This document shows positions 1-13,489 of a DNA stretch of 64,000 bases, in pieces (the first letter of the stretch is position 1; each line of letters begins with the position of its first letter). The position numbers and the translations under genes were made by a program. This stretch comes from Pelomyxa schiedti. Taxonomy: Eukaryota > Protista > Evosea. The notes below the pieces were generated by a model, which was given only the letters and a program-made list of their open reading frames with translations, was not told where the DNA came from and made no database searches. Location of the stretch: contig JAHLWZ010000498.1 of assembly GCA_020536535.1 (NCBI GenBank), positions 27,998 through 91,997 on the forward strand, in the 5' to 3' direction.

Positions 1-3000
1 ATTGAATGTGCATTGTAGCCCCGGGCAATCTCGAGGTTGAATTACATTCTTAGAGTCAATGTTTCTTTGTTTCTTATATGTTTAGAGGTGCTCATCCCTG
101 ATTATTGTTTCCACTCATATTGGCGTCTTATGTGGAGCTTACCACCACCAAAACAATTTATACAATCCTGTCTGTCCGTCAATTCAACCGATTTGGTTTG
201 ACTCCTTGGTATTGAAAATGAACTAACGTTGTCTTAGTCACTTAGTAATGTAAACTTACTAATGTACACTTGGTCCGCCAGATTACTGTTCTCAACAGGT
301 TCTGTCTACTCTTTTAAAGCACTCTTTTACTGACCTATTCCAGGAAAACTCAAGGAATTTGTTAATTCTCTTGCTGGGGGAATACCATTTACTGAAATTC
401 TCACGGTTTTTTTAATGAGATTCAAACTCCCTCCTAAACTGCCACAGGCATTCATAAGTATTTTGGTAAAACTAGCCTCACAAGCTTCCATGGCCAACAC
501 CTCTGTACGTGAATCCTCCAATGCTGCAGTTGCGGCTACAGTGCTATTCAATGCTATCTCAACTCCACAAAGACTGCAGGCCGACTCAACAGCTGCACCC
601 AAGCCGATTCCTCCACCAGCAGGTCCTCTGTCGTCAAGTTCTACAGTCACTCCTAAGAAAGCGGAGGTTGCGTATATCATCTTTTTTTTCCTTATAAAAA
701 TGGCTAATATTTGCTTTAGTCAATGACTTTTGCTGAAGCCTTGGAAAAGGAATTAGGGTTGAGTGAGAAAAAAATTTCCAAGGTCTCCTTCCTATCTAAC
801 AATACAATCACTAATCTCTTCCAGAAAGAAGTCGAAAAGCTAAAGTCACCATCACCACCTCTTACGACTAAAGAGAGAACAAAGGACAAAGAAGACTGTC
901 ATAGTACCATGGCGGACAACACCCTAGAGAATGTGCCAACTGAAGTGAGGGAAGCTGCAGCGACTGTTGTTAAAACCCACGGTGCGCAGCTCTGTGGTGC
1001 CCTAAGTAAGCTCATTGAGCACTGCATGAACATCTTCAGGCTTTCTTCCTGTTGAATTTAGTCCACAGAAATAACTGACACTCCTTTAGAACACACCAAT
1101 TACTGGCCTTGATTAAAGCAGAGGATATTTCCGCAGAAAAAGCAAGAATTATAGAACTTCTCCTCGCCTGTGGTTTTGAGTCGACGGCGATCTCTTCATC
1201 ACTCAAGGTATTTAGTTCCTTATTATTACTTCATGTTGATGTGGTTGTTAAAAAAAACCACAATACAGGCCCTTGGTTTATCTTCGTCTGCTATTGACTC
1301 GATCAAAATGTGGGGTGAGTGGAAGCAAGCACCATCTTCTTCAACTTTACCTGAAGATACGGTATGAGACGTTCCAGCAGGGTAGAGTTGTCCTAATTTC
1401 TACCACAGTTCCTCCGGATTGTGTTGAACCATCCATCTCCATCTATACCAACTTCATTACTTGTATTGTATGCAAGAACAGGGATTTTTCCTAAGTTGCT
1501 AACCTCAATTTTCCAGTGAATCTTGCTTTCAACATTTGTTGGCCCTTTATGTTCACCTCTGCAAGGCGCTACAGGGCTATGGTTGTACTCCCATAACAGC
1601 ACTGGCACTAACTTAATAATGAGATTTGGAGGCCTTCACAGCTGTCCTTCCCAGTATCTTAAAATTATCGAATGAGTATCAATTTTCGTATTTGCATTCT
1701 GTCTGCAATGATATCGTCAATAACCTCCGAGAGAAGCCATACCAAACCCTTTACCGCTTTGATTGCACTCAACGGTTCTTGTATGAACTTGCAGATCCCA
1801 GTGCCACCAAGAACATTGTTGCTTGCCAGAGAAGTGTTCTTAGCGCATTTGATGTCCTTATTTACTCGGTATCAACTGGTGTGACTACTGGTACGGGCAC
1901 CATATTTCCACTACTTATCCTTAACTGCACAAAAAAGAAAAATCAATCAATTGGACCTCCATAATGAAAATAGCGTTGACCACCAATGATGATGATATAT
2001 TAACACACCTGGGTGATTTAATGCGCACAATCTCACAGAAAGGCACAGAGAAAAATCCCTAACCTTTTCAACCTAAAATTTCAAAACAGGGAATTTCGAG
2101 CTGAAAGAATCAATTCGCGAGCAGATTTTGGCATTTGATTCTGTTATGCTTGGTTGTGGAATTCCTCTTGCCCTAATTACTCACGTTTACCTTAACAGAT
2201 AAATGGCTTTCTCAGTTGTTACCATCCAAAGATCAGCCACAGCGTGTTTCTAGTCAACATTCAGGTTTAAACAAACAAAAAGCTCAAGCACTAATTCTCA
2301 TCCAGCTTTTCTTGAAAATATTGTTGGAAAAACCAAATCTAAATTCGGTGAGCACATATTCAGGCACTTACTGCACCAACTTTCACCTCCTTTTACATTT
2401 TCTGGTTCCTTGCATGTAAGTCTTCACTTTCAAGTTATTTTACTTAGAATTTTTGTTAAGACGTTCTTCTCACTCCTGGGGAAACTTGCTGCTATTCAAG
2501 AAATGAAAAGTGAACTGATTGATGCAATTACTTTAATTTTAGATGTCTCCAGTAAGATCTAGTTGCCAGCATCAACGCTGTTGACTCCCTCAATAGAAAT
2601 TGATGTATCAAGCCCTGGAATATTGTCTCTGCTGGAATTCTTGCATCGCCAAGTGCATGGAAGAGACACGGCTGCCACAAGTTTGCCTCCTCCCACTCAT
2701 GTAATTCTAACACAAACTCAACCTAGAAACCACTCCTAAGAGCAAAGAAGATGTTGATTGGCGCTACAATGCAAAAGAAACAACAGGTTTCCATAAGAGA
2801 TTATGTACATACACCACAACTGGGAAAAGTTATGTGGAGCAGCCATGGTTAGTAAACTGGCATCTTTGTAGTGCCAAGTTTTTCACCCCTGAAAAAGGTA
2901 TTACTGTTATTCATGCCCTCTAACATTTTCTGAGGGATGCTGTTCCGTTTGTGCCCGAGTTTGCCACAAGGGACACGATGTAATTAATTTCTCCATATCC

Positions 3001-6000
3001 ATCACTGTTGGCCAATGTTGGTTTAGGTAAGCTTTGCACGTATAAGTACCTTCTACTGTGACTGTGGTGCTGGCAAATGTAAGTGCCAAGCACTGGTTCA
3101 ACGTCCTGAGCCACCTTCTTCTTCCACTGTGTGTAGTCAACTTGTGTTACTTATAGTAGCCTTACATCCTAAACAAAAAAGCCTCCACCAGCCCCACCCC
3201 CTCCTCCAGCTCCCAAAGCAACAGCTTCCTCTTCTGTGATACCAATGGAAGGTATCACCAAAGACGATGATGATGTTGCAATGGTTCCCATTACGAATAA
3301 TGAACAAATAGGAGCTGCTCTTATCCAGTATAACTCCAAATAACCACCACTCCCACTCACCATTGTTTTAAAAAATCAGGTTCTTGGGCAGTTTAATTGA
3401 AAAGACAAGGGCAAAAGCACTTCCACAGGAGGCAGTCGTGATCAAATCTGACAATACTAAACTCTTCACAAATTCAAAAAAAGTAATTTCTGAGGGCACT
3501 CTGTATCGGCCAAAGAGAGCCATTAAGGCAGGCGCTTTTGAGGTGAAACTTAAGGACAGTTCTGCAACCAGAGAGTTACTGAGTATGATGTCAGCAGGAA
3601 ATGTCTCACGGTCACTGCTTGCCACCACCCAGCAAGGGTAACACGTTTAATATCAACTTTCCTGTGTTAGTTCTTATTTCTGTACCTTTCAGTCTCGTCA
3701 TGATTGCAGAGAACGATAAATTGAGTGTTGTTTCAATGGAGCGCCTGCTGGAAGATGGTCCTTCTTCTATGGATAAAGTAAGCTCTTTCTGTTTCCGTGC
3801 TATTGTGTAATTTGTACATTGCAGGGCCTGTTGCATACCCACACTAAAGCACAGCTCGCATTTGATATTGTGGGGATGGCAGTCAATGCAATAAATGATC
3901 TGCATGTAGCCGCCTTTGGCCTTCATGACTGTCGTGTCTTAGTCTTTGAGACGTCACACAATGACATAAAATTTACCCTGAACGTGAACCTGGAAGATGC
4001 CTCACCAACACGATCTCTTGCAGCTTCCAGTGCAGCTCCTCAATACTGGCTGAGGAGTGTGGAGTGGCTTCCTGGCTCGGAAGTGGCGTTGTGTGTGGCT
4101 ACCAACGATTTTGTGAAAGTCTTCGATTTGTCACACAGCAACACCACACCAATACATCAGTTCAACCTCCTGGAAGATGGAATTGCTGGATGCGCGCTCG
4201 TGCCTGTTACCCGCTCTCCCTCAAGGCCTACTCAATCTGGTGTACAATGCCTAGCTGTTGTGGTTTCCATGTTGGATTTTTCCCCTCTAGTTTGTTCTTA
4301 CATTTTTTTCCCTAAGGTCTGGCATTTTGTGGATACAACCTATCGACAGTTCCATGGACTCGGACATGATTCTTGCTACTATGACAATAACCTTACCCAC
4401 TGAAATGTCTGCAAAGCAAGCAAAAACTGTCTTTTGGGCAAAGGAAATTCAAGCTCTTATTGTTTCATTCAAAGATGGAATTTGCATTGCCGGTAGGAAA
4501 GTTTATTGATGCTTGTACTTATTTCTTCCACCCAGGTCACGTTGTGGAGAACAAGCCATCATCATACACATTGGAAGACACTTTCTTTATTTGCAAGGAT
4601 TCGAAGCTTGGCTACTTCCCATTTACCAATTGGGCAGAAGTCTCCGTGCAAGTACTCTTTTCTGTACTGGCTTCGCCCATTTAATTCCCGTTATTCAAAA
4701 AGCCTGGCACTTTTGTCAGCATGTCCCCAAAATCTGAAGTAACTGTTGTCACTTCAATATCTGATTCCAAAGTCCAGCTTCAACCTCTGAGACCTTTCTC
4801 CTCGTCTTCTAAAACAAGTGGTGTGAGTGTTGAGGGTGTGGCTGTTTTACCTCAGAAACCGTCTGTCCTTTTAATACTGCTAGAGGATGGGAGGTTTAAC
4901 AACATCCCTGCCCCACATTCCCCTTACATTTTTTTTTTGGTTTTTTTTTTCAGCTTATGTCGTTACGATCTTATTGGTGCTGAAGAAACATCCAAAGCAA
5001 AGAAATCTGCTGGCACTGTAGAAAAGGTAAAACTTCATCTCCACCCTCCTTCTGCTTCCATTTATGTATAGGATAAAAACCCTGCATTCCCTCTGGACTT
5101 CTTTGAGCATGTGGAAAACATCACAGCTGATATTACCCTTGCAGGAGATGTAGTTTTCACTCCCATCTACTCCAACTTACTCGGCAATAGATTCTACAGG
5201 CATACACGTCAGATCAAGCAAAAGCCAGATTGGCCAAGAATGATGAGTATCTGGTCAGCCCACATGCAGATCACTTCGATATTACAATTCAAAACAGTGA
5301 TTCCTCCCGTGTGATGGTGGGAATAAGAGTTTTAGTTGGGAATGCTTCTTTACAGGTTTGTGGTTCCATGCTCAATGCTTTTTTAATGTTGTGTAGCATG
5401 TCCCTGAGACATTCCAACTCTTTGGTCGAAGCATTCGCACCAAAGAAGCTGCAAGAAGGTGGTATGACATTCCATTCACCATTGAAGAAGCCATGAGTGC
5501 TGACAAAGAGTTCACGATACAAGCAAACGGTTGTTACAACTCTAGCAACAAGCCTGTGGTTGATTCTCTTGAGGTTTGTTTCTCCCAACAACACCTTTGT
5601 CGCTGATGTGGAATAGGTATATGCCCTATCCAAATCTGAATTTGGGTGGAAAGAAAAACACGAGGGAAAGCAGAGGGCAAAAGAGGAAACCACAGAAAAG
5701 AGGTATTCTCACTCTTTCACAGAGTTAGTGATTGAAGAAATTTAGTCCAATTGAAATCGCCATATCCCATGCCATTACTTCGGTGTCAGCATGCCTGTCA
5801 CCATCTCACAGTGAGATCCCCTAAATTTAATTGCTTTACATTGTCACATGGTAACAACCACTATAGCTCCTGCTGCACTTCTGCAACAAGCTGCCAATTT
5901 GTTGTCACCCTTACTTCTTGACACTTCCCTAAGTAAGTTGCACCAGAGCATCAAGCAAGCCCTTCGGCAAATGTATCCTTCATCAAAGCAATACCATTGG

Positions 6001-9000
6001 GTAAAAGACCATGCCGCGATGTCTCAAGCATTGACTGCAGCCACATCAAGCACCTTCCTGAAGTAAGCCTGATTTCATTCAAGCCTACTTAATCCAACTC
6101 CTTCTTAGCATGGACATTTTTGAGAATACTGTGGAAATGCTTGGTGGTATCTTCAAAAAGAGGTCAGATAACTTCAATTCCTTCTTTGGCGCAAAGGACT
6201 CAGAGTGCTGTACGAGTTTTGCCCCTGCACTTCTTTCGGAGTTTACCCGGCTTGCATCAAAATACGGGTCACAATCATTAGAGACTGTCGCCTCAGCATT
6301 GGCAAATACTTTCATTGGATATGCTGTTCACTTGCACAATACAAATCCAACATTGGAAGGGTTGTTTATCTCATTATTCTGGACTTAGTGAACTTATCTT
6401 TTTCGAACAGGCTGGCTCCAGCTTTCAAGTTGCTCTGGGAGCTGTTAGTCTTCCCCTCGGAGTCTGTGAGGACTGCAACAGCTAATGCCATATGCGATTT
6501 CTTAAGGTTAGTCCTTTACCTCTGTAGTGGAAGCTAAGTTACTGCTCTGTAGTGCAACTGCCGCCCCTCCCCCGGCTACAAATAAACCTGTGCCCGTACC
6601 CTCCGAAGGGCCTCCAGGAATGTTTTTCAGTTGTGATTTATGTGGGGTGTTACCTATTGTTGGGTCAAGATGGCATTGCGAAGTATGCAAGGACTTCGAT
6701 TTGTGTCAAAAATGCCATAGGTATATTTCTGTTGTATGATATCGGGTTCTAACAGGTTCTCCAGTAAGGAGGATGCCACATTCAAAGGAGGCCATTTGTC
6801 CTCCCACAACATGACATGCCACGTACCCACACCTTTGGAGAAGAACGCAGAATCTAGTAGATCTCTCTTGAATACCTAACCTGTTTAACTCGATGCTAGA
6901 AAAAGTTCCTTCTTTTGCTGAATCTATGGTACCCAAGGGGGTTGACCCAACAGATGAACAGACACTCATAAAGATGGCAATTGAACTCAGCCTTTCTGAT
7001 GCAACTCGAATTTCCCCCCTGCTTCCTTCAACTCCTGTATCACCCGAGGCTCCAATAGTAGACAGTGAACAACCTCAGAGCAAAACATCCCAAGCTACAC
7101 CTACTGAACCCGTGAAATCAACTTCTCCCCCACCAGAAAATACACAATCACCAATGACAACAGAAACAATTGGAGCACCCAGTGCAACTGAGACATCAAC
7201 CGCGGCACCCTCTTCGGCGACTCCAACAACAACCACTGCATCTTCGAGTAATGTGGAAACCACCTCTACATCCTCGACATCCACATCACAAGAAACACCA
7301 CCAACTGCAGTAGAGACCAAGAAAATCTCTTTGCCTAATCTTCTTTTCCATTCCTTACTCACCTACTATCCAACACTCAGAGCAATGGGTGGCTTGAAAG
7401 CACTTGCTTACATGCAGGTTTAAACCATTTCCACAAAAAGGGAATTCAAAGTTAACCTTCTCTTTTCCAGTGTCTATTTTGGCTTGTTTGCCACTTCAGC
7501 AACAACGAACCTACGGGGGAGCTCGTCGAGAAACTGTGTGTAGCGTTACTGCACCCTGAACTCCAATCTGGCGTCACACTTATGTCCCGATCCCCTCCAA
7601 CTGAAGTTTCCTCCTCACCACCTCGCTTCGTTCTTAACAGTTCTTAGGTTGATCTACTGGGGTTAATGTTACTTATGTCTCTGGTTCAATCTCACGATAA
7701 AGACTCCGAAACAGATGAAAAGTCCGAGCTGGTTTGTATTCTTGTACTTATAGTAAGTAAGTAACTTTCTTTGTAGGCTCTAGCTGAGTTCCGTCGTGTC
7801 TCTAAGAAACGACATGAAAAAACCGGGACAACTTTGACTGTTCCAACTGTTGTACGCCAGAATGTCAGTAGCCGCTTACTCCTTAGCCGAGTGCCTGATT
7901 TCCTTTTGGTAAGCCTTGCCCTTTTGAGACCTTATTGAAAATATTCTAGGCAATGCTTGATAAACTCTTCGGACAAATTAAAGCCCAGCCAAAAACTCCT
8001 GTAGAAAAGGACTCCGTACTTCTTTTAATGGCTCGATCTGACACGGTAGGTTATTCCAGTTAATAACTCCTGATATCAACATTACACCCCAGATTACCTA
8101 CAACATTAAGCAACCATTTTTCCCTGAGAAGTACGTCAAAGACAATGCACGAGATCTTTTTGGGCAATTCCACAACCTCATCTCTGAGACACTAATGTCA
8201 CTTGCACTGTATCTTCATAGGTGGTTATCCCGTAGCTTTCTTTAATTCAGTCTCATTGTAATAAAACCTAAGATCGGAGAGGATCGTTCTCAAAGCACCT
8301 GACGCACCACCAAAACACCAGTACTTCGCAATAGAGTGGAGCCCACTTGCATGCAAATTCGTCAATACCAAGAGGTTCAACTTCATGAAAAACGTGAGCA
8401 AACTTGTTCTGCGGTCACTTTGTCGAACTCGTATCAGGTATTCTTAAAGAACAACATTTTTTCTCGGTTAAGTCAAATTTAAGATACCATGAGTGCAAGG
8501 ATCAGTACCAAATTGAGTCTTTGTGGTCGAAAGTCTCTGCCTTGGCTTCTGGATCCCACTCGTTTTCTGATGAACTTACCTATAATACAAATGTCAAATT
8601 GGTTGGGATTTTATCCAAGCTCACCAAAGTACATCCGTTCCTGCTTTCCGTCATCGTATAACAGCGAAGAAAGGTTTCATCTGAGCGACCTTACCACTGG
8701 CAGCAGTTCTGTATTGAGCGCAACCCAATACCTTCAGTGATCTTATTTGCACTGAAGCTTGCAGCTGCCGCCGTTGATGACTCACCACTTTTCTTCCTAA
8801 AGCTTCTTTCCAGCTCAGTGTGTGTGGAACAAGTGCAAGTGCGCCTTCCGAACCACATTTTAGTGGATGTCAACTTATAACATACAGAATACCAAAGTTG
8901 AAGCCGCAACTGAAAAACCTACTGCCTCGGCCTCACCTACCCCTCTCAGTCTTATAATCGAGACCCCAAAGCTGGAGAAGAAAGATTTGTCCCACCCACC

Positions 9001-10698
9001 ACCGCCACCTGAGAAAGATCCAAAGAAAAAAGAGAAGCTTCATGGACTGGAAAGAAAGGGGAAGATTCATAAAGAACGCAGAGTACGACACCATATATCA
9101 CTCGTCTCACCCTCCTAACCACATCAACAAAGGAAGCAGAGTTAGCTGTTAAAATTGATCGGATGAAAGTAGAGATACCCGTTTTCATTGGGAAACTCTC
9201 AAATGACCCTACATTCTTGAGTCTCCTGTCAAAACTCGTTAATGTGTTTGTGTTGGATTTCAACAACTCTGCAGTTCGGATAGAAGCATGGTAACAGCTC
9301 TCATTTCTTTTTCCAAATTCACAGGCTCCAGTTCTTATATTAAGGGTTTTTGGCAAATGAGTCCACCAGATAAGAAGAAAGTTATCTCAAACCTTCTTTG
9401 GGAAAAGATGCCCCAGGCACCTGCTTATGGCCGCAATTCCACACAATTTGTGGAATTGCTGATATCTTTGGTGTCACAGGTTTACCCCTTTCTTATCATA
9501 AGCCCTATTTATAGAACACTATACAGTCACCCGAGGCTGGGGTTGGTCATGAAACGGAAATGTTTAATTTATTATCTGAACAAAATCGCTTGTTAAACGA
9601 CCATCCAAATGCTTTCATTTACCAAGCTCTTGAATCTGTACTCGATTTCGACGGGTATTTCTTCCTTTAACTCGTTTCCTTGTTTTCATGAGCAACAGAT
9701 ACTATTTAGAGAACGAACCTTGTCTCGTTTGCAATGACCCTGAAGTGCCTTTTACACCAATCAAATTATCAGCTATCAAAGCAGAATTGAAATTTACCGA
9801 TTGCACACAGGTGGCTCTTTCGTTTTCGCTTTTTTTTTTCTTTTTTTGCTTTAATACTTCGTAGATTGTAAAGTTACAGAGTAGCCACACAATACAAAGT
9901 GTGCTGATAAGAATTTCTGACATGAAAAAGTCGAAGATGGTCAAGTCCATCAACATCTACTACAACAATAAGGTAGAAGTTTGTGTCGAAGGTTCTTTTT
10001 TTTTAACAAATTTAGCCTGTTGTTGACCTTTCCGAGCTTAAAGGAAAATGGTCACAATGGAAAAAAGCTAAAGTATGTCCTGTTGCACAATCACAGACTG
10101 AAGTGAAGGGCGACTTCGCTATACCAATAACAGCAATAAATCTTTTGATCGAATTTGCTAGTTTTTATGATAACACCCAAGTACCTTTTTCATTCTCTCA
10201 GACTAAAATTCTTATTCATCACTACAGCCAGCAACCGAGAAACTACAATGCCCCCGTTGCAGCAAAGTGGTAACAGACAAACATGGAATATGCCGTCAGT
10301 GCCACGAAAATGCATACCAATGCCGCCAGTGTCGCAACATCAATTATGAGCACCTTGATGCGTTCCTGGTCTGCTCTCTCTCTCTTGTTCTCACTCACAA
10401 CGCGTTTTCCAACCCTCCGTTCTAATCTTCCTTTCCAATACAGTGCAATGAATGTGGCTATTGTAAGTTCGCGAAGTTTGAAATTACTCTGTCTGCCAAA
10501 CCAAGCTTTGCCGCAGAAAGAATAGAGACAGACCAAGACATGAAGAAGGGTCTGGACACAATAGACACCGAGTCACAGAATGCCCACAAAAGGTACCCCC
10601 ACAAAGCAACATCCCAACAAATACTCAACATTCTCCACAGGTATTCACAGCTGGCCTCTTTCAGGACTCCCCTCGCTAGGGTGGCCAGTCACATGTGA
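1..10698 (+). CDS. UBR4: UBR4/BIG/Pushover-family N-recognin, multi-exon, 5'-partial and apparently C-terminally truncated
   Basis: Spliced UBR box at ~2800-3095 ([59 protein letters not shown]). Beta-propeller region at 3400-4950 ([25 protein letters not shown]). DOC-like region FPLDFFEHV...MVGIRVLVG at ~5080-5640. ZZ finger at 6620-6820 and UIM-like [14 protein letters not shown] at ~6950-6995. [14 protein letters not shown] at ~9700 and Cys-rich [49 protein letters not shown] at 10245-10470. TGA at 10696-10698. Confidence 0.93.
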
Positions 10699-10888
10699 AC
10701 TTCATTTTTGTTGTGTGTAAGGTGGTAAAAAAAAGGAGAAGAAACTCAATAAAGAGCCCTAAAAGAAAGTGCTCTGTCTTTTTCCTTTGGGCTCTTACAC
10801 GAACTGACAAAGTTGATTTCGTCTGATCGCCTCTCATGTGCCCAAAAACAAAGAAAAGCCGGGAAAAAAAATATCAATATCGGAAAAT

Positions 10889-12213
10889 ATGGGTCTCACA
10901 TCACCAGAGGCAAACAACAACAAACCACTTTCTTCTAGTGCATACAAATGAAAAAAACAAAAAACCAAACACAATGGAATCCAGCATTGACCTTTGTTTC
11001 TACGACGTAGATATGTGCTTTGGTGTCGTCGGCCCTATCGACCGTTGGCAGTTGTATTGTCATTGTTGTCTGTATTTGGTTGCGACGTCTGCATCTCGTA
11101 TACTGGAGGAGCGTTTTGTGTATGGCAATAGCGGATATATCCCTCTGTATAAGCATTGTGAACTCTTTCTCCCTTTTTTTTTTTTGCCCACAAGTTTTTC
11201 ATTTACTTTCGTTTCGCTTTTCTCACCTGTTCATTGTGAAAATTTCTTACTCCTTTCTTTGCCGGTTGCAACACCAAGTTTATTGCCATTACTGCTAAAT
11301 CACAGGGTGTCGAAGACACTTGGGTTTGCACTTTTTCCGGTTAGTTCGTACTACACTTCCTTCCTCCTTTTTCCTCTTTGCTGCAATTTGCATACCCATG
11401 TAATTTCTTTGATCACCCAGGAATTCTGAACAATATCTTTTTCCTGTCTTCACAGATATGGACAGACTTTCTGGGTCTGACTCTCCTATGGATCACTCTG
11501 AGGCGAGCTGTACCAGGCATAATCATGGAATTAGGGTGTCATACAGTAGCCTGGGGATTACCCCTAACACTCTCACTTCTGGCTCTAGTGAGGCATGATG
11601 GTTATTGTTATGGTACATCATGGTAAACAAGCTACCTTTATCTACTAAAATCACCTTTTGGTTAAGGTGCTGGATCAACATTGGTGAATACTATGGGATG
11701 GCGTGGGGCTTATCAATGGTGTGGGAGTGGCTTGCAGTACTCTTCGCCATAATTGTATACTGTACTCTGGGAGCAATTGCTATTAGGCATAGATGGAAGG
11801 AAGGAACTTGGTCAACTGTTGCGCCAAGGGTAATTTCTTTGTCCCTCCCTTCAATACTCAACCGAAAGCATAGATAAGTATTATCAGAAGAAGAAAAGAA
11901 AATTATGTCATACCTGCCCTGAGGCAAATTGTTCTGTACCCTTTCATCATGGTTCTCCTGGTGTATGCGCGCCCAAAATAACTGCATAATACTCAATCAT
12001 CACAGGGTAGCAGGATTGGTTGACCACGATGGAACTTGGCAGCGGTCATTTGGATCATTTGTAATGCCACTGCAAGGCTTTCTCAACTTTGTTGTGTTTG
12101 TAGTCACAGCCCAAGTTGACAAAGATAAGGATAAGCTCATACCTGCAGTCAAGTCATCACACGGTACAGCAGTCACTGAAATGGAGATGGTTGTACAGAC
12201 AAATGACAGCTGA
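10889..12213 (+). CDS. cAMP-receptor-like (CAR/GCR1-type) 7TM GPCR, multi-exon; start codon uncertain
   Basis: Spliced: LVSSALSTVGSCIVIV...RSVLCMAIADISL, WVCTFSGILNNIFFLSSQIWT, CHTVAWGLPLTLSLL, SWCWINIG, LRQIVLYPFIMVLL, MPLQGFLNFVVFV. These motifs are typical of the CAR/Crl/GCR1 family. Confidence 0.82.
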
Positions 12214-12501
12214 GCATTTGGAAGTATCACCAGTATACAGTCTGTTTATTTATCGTCTAAAAAATTTCCTGTTTTGTGCATTAAATATTGTACTAATTTT
12301 TGGTGCTGCGGTGAGTGACGCGAAGATGGTCGTTGTGCGTCCTGTTGTCAGGGGTCAAATTTGAGTGACGCGTCAGTTGACATGACAGTAGTTCCCTGCA
12401 CCTGCGGCATTTAAAGTCGCTGGATCTCAGCACAAAGCAAACAAAAAAAATCCGCAATCGAGGCGGCATTCCAATACTAGTACTATAGACACTACAAGAC
12501 A

Positions 12502-13416
12502 ATGCAAAGCCTATCGTCCGCGGCAGCAGTTCACAAGATGGCAGACACAGTGGAGGCGGGAGACCCACTCACAGCCAAGATTGAGGAATGGGCACGTGAT
12601 TGCAAGGAGAAGAGGTGCTGTGCAATTGGTGTGCATTCCCAACCACCTTTCACTCCTTGGGTTGGAGGTAATTGTACACCAGGAATCAACAACTACTTGC
12701 GAGAGACTCTTGTCGATCCTGATTACTACATTCAATCGGTGTGCCTCTATGTTCTTATTTTGTACCAATAAACCAAAACTCAAACGTACCCAGGGCAAAG
12801 TTCTCGAGGAACCTCCAGGTGAATGCCCAACCAACAAAGGTGCCCCGATGTTGTTCTCCAAGCGTCACTTGGCCATGAAGGGGACTGCCGGCGTCATGTG
12901 CGTTCTGTTTTCTTCTTCGTTTCTGCCTCATTGTCATAAGGTCATACAACATAATGGGCCGTGATTCAAGGAAGCTCAAGATGTATTGCATGTGGAGTGT
13001 CCCCGAGGTTTTGGGCCAAAACACTTTCAACGTGGTCATATCCGAGGTTGGTCATTCTCACTACCCATACGCAATCAAGATTACTTCTAACATCAAATAC
13101 CACGCCACGTAGCCAATGGAAGATGAACTCTCAGAAGACACGTGGCGCAAGTTGTACAAAGATGCCAAATATGCCAAAGGTAGCAAACAAACAAACACAG
13201 CAACAACCAATAACTGATTCATCCCTCTCCCCCACTCCCACTCAACAAACAAACTTCTAATCCTTGAACAGATGATCAATTCGCACTCGAGTTTGAGCAT
13301 TACCGCTGCACATGCAAAATGGTTCGTTGTGTTTCCCATTCATAGCGGTTTGACTCCCCACACAGACAACCGACTCTCTGGCTTCACTCACTTTCAACCT
13401 CTGGTATCAATCCTAA
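12502..13416 (+). CDS. Actinoporin-like protein (equinatoxin/bryoporin fold), 7 exons
   Basis: Spliced: KRCCAIGINNYLRETLVDPDYYIQSGKVLEEPPGECPTNKGAPMLFSKRHLAMKGTAGVMSYNIMGRDSRKLKMYCMWSVPEVLGQNTFNVVISEPMEDELSEDTWRKLYKDAKYAKDDQFALEFEHYRCTCKMTTDSLASLTFNLWYQS*. Collinear with the actinoporin motifs RKIAVGVDN, YFRSG...P, GAVGVLAY, FSVP, N.W, YEELY. Confidence 0.78.
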
Positions 13417-13489
13417 CAACAAACAACTCGTAACGGACATTGAACCCATTGCCAATAGGCGAAAAAAAACTCTTTTTCTTACTTGCTCT

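Noticed and set aside
9655-9708. Possible U12-type intron (ttcctttaac)
   Set aside because: The donor GTATTTCT lacks the GTATCCTT consensus, and the motif lies too close to the 5' end to be a branch point.
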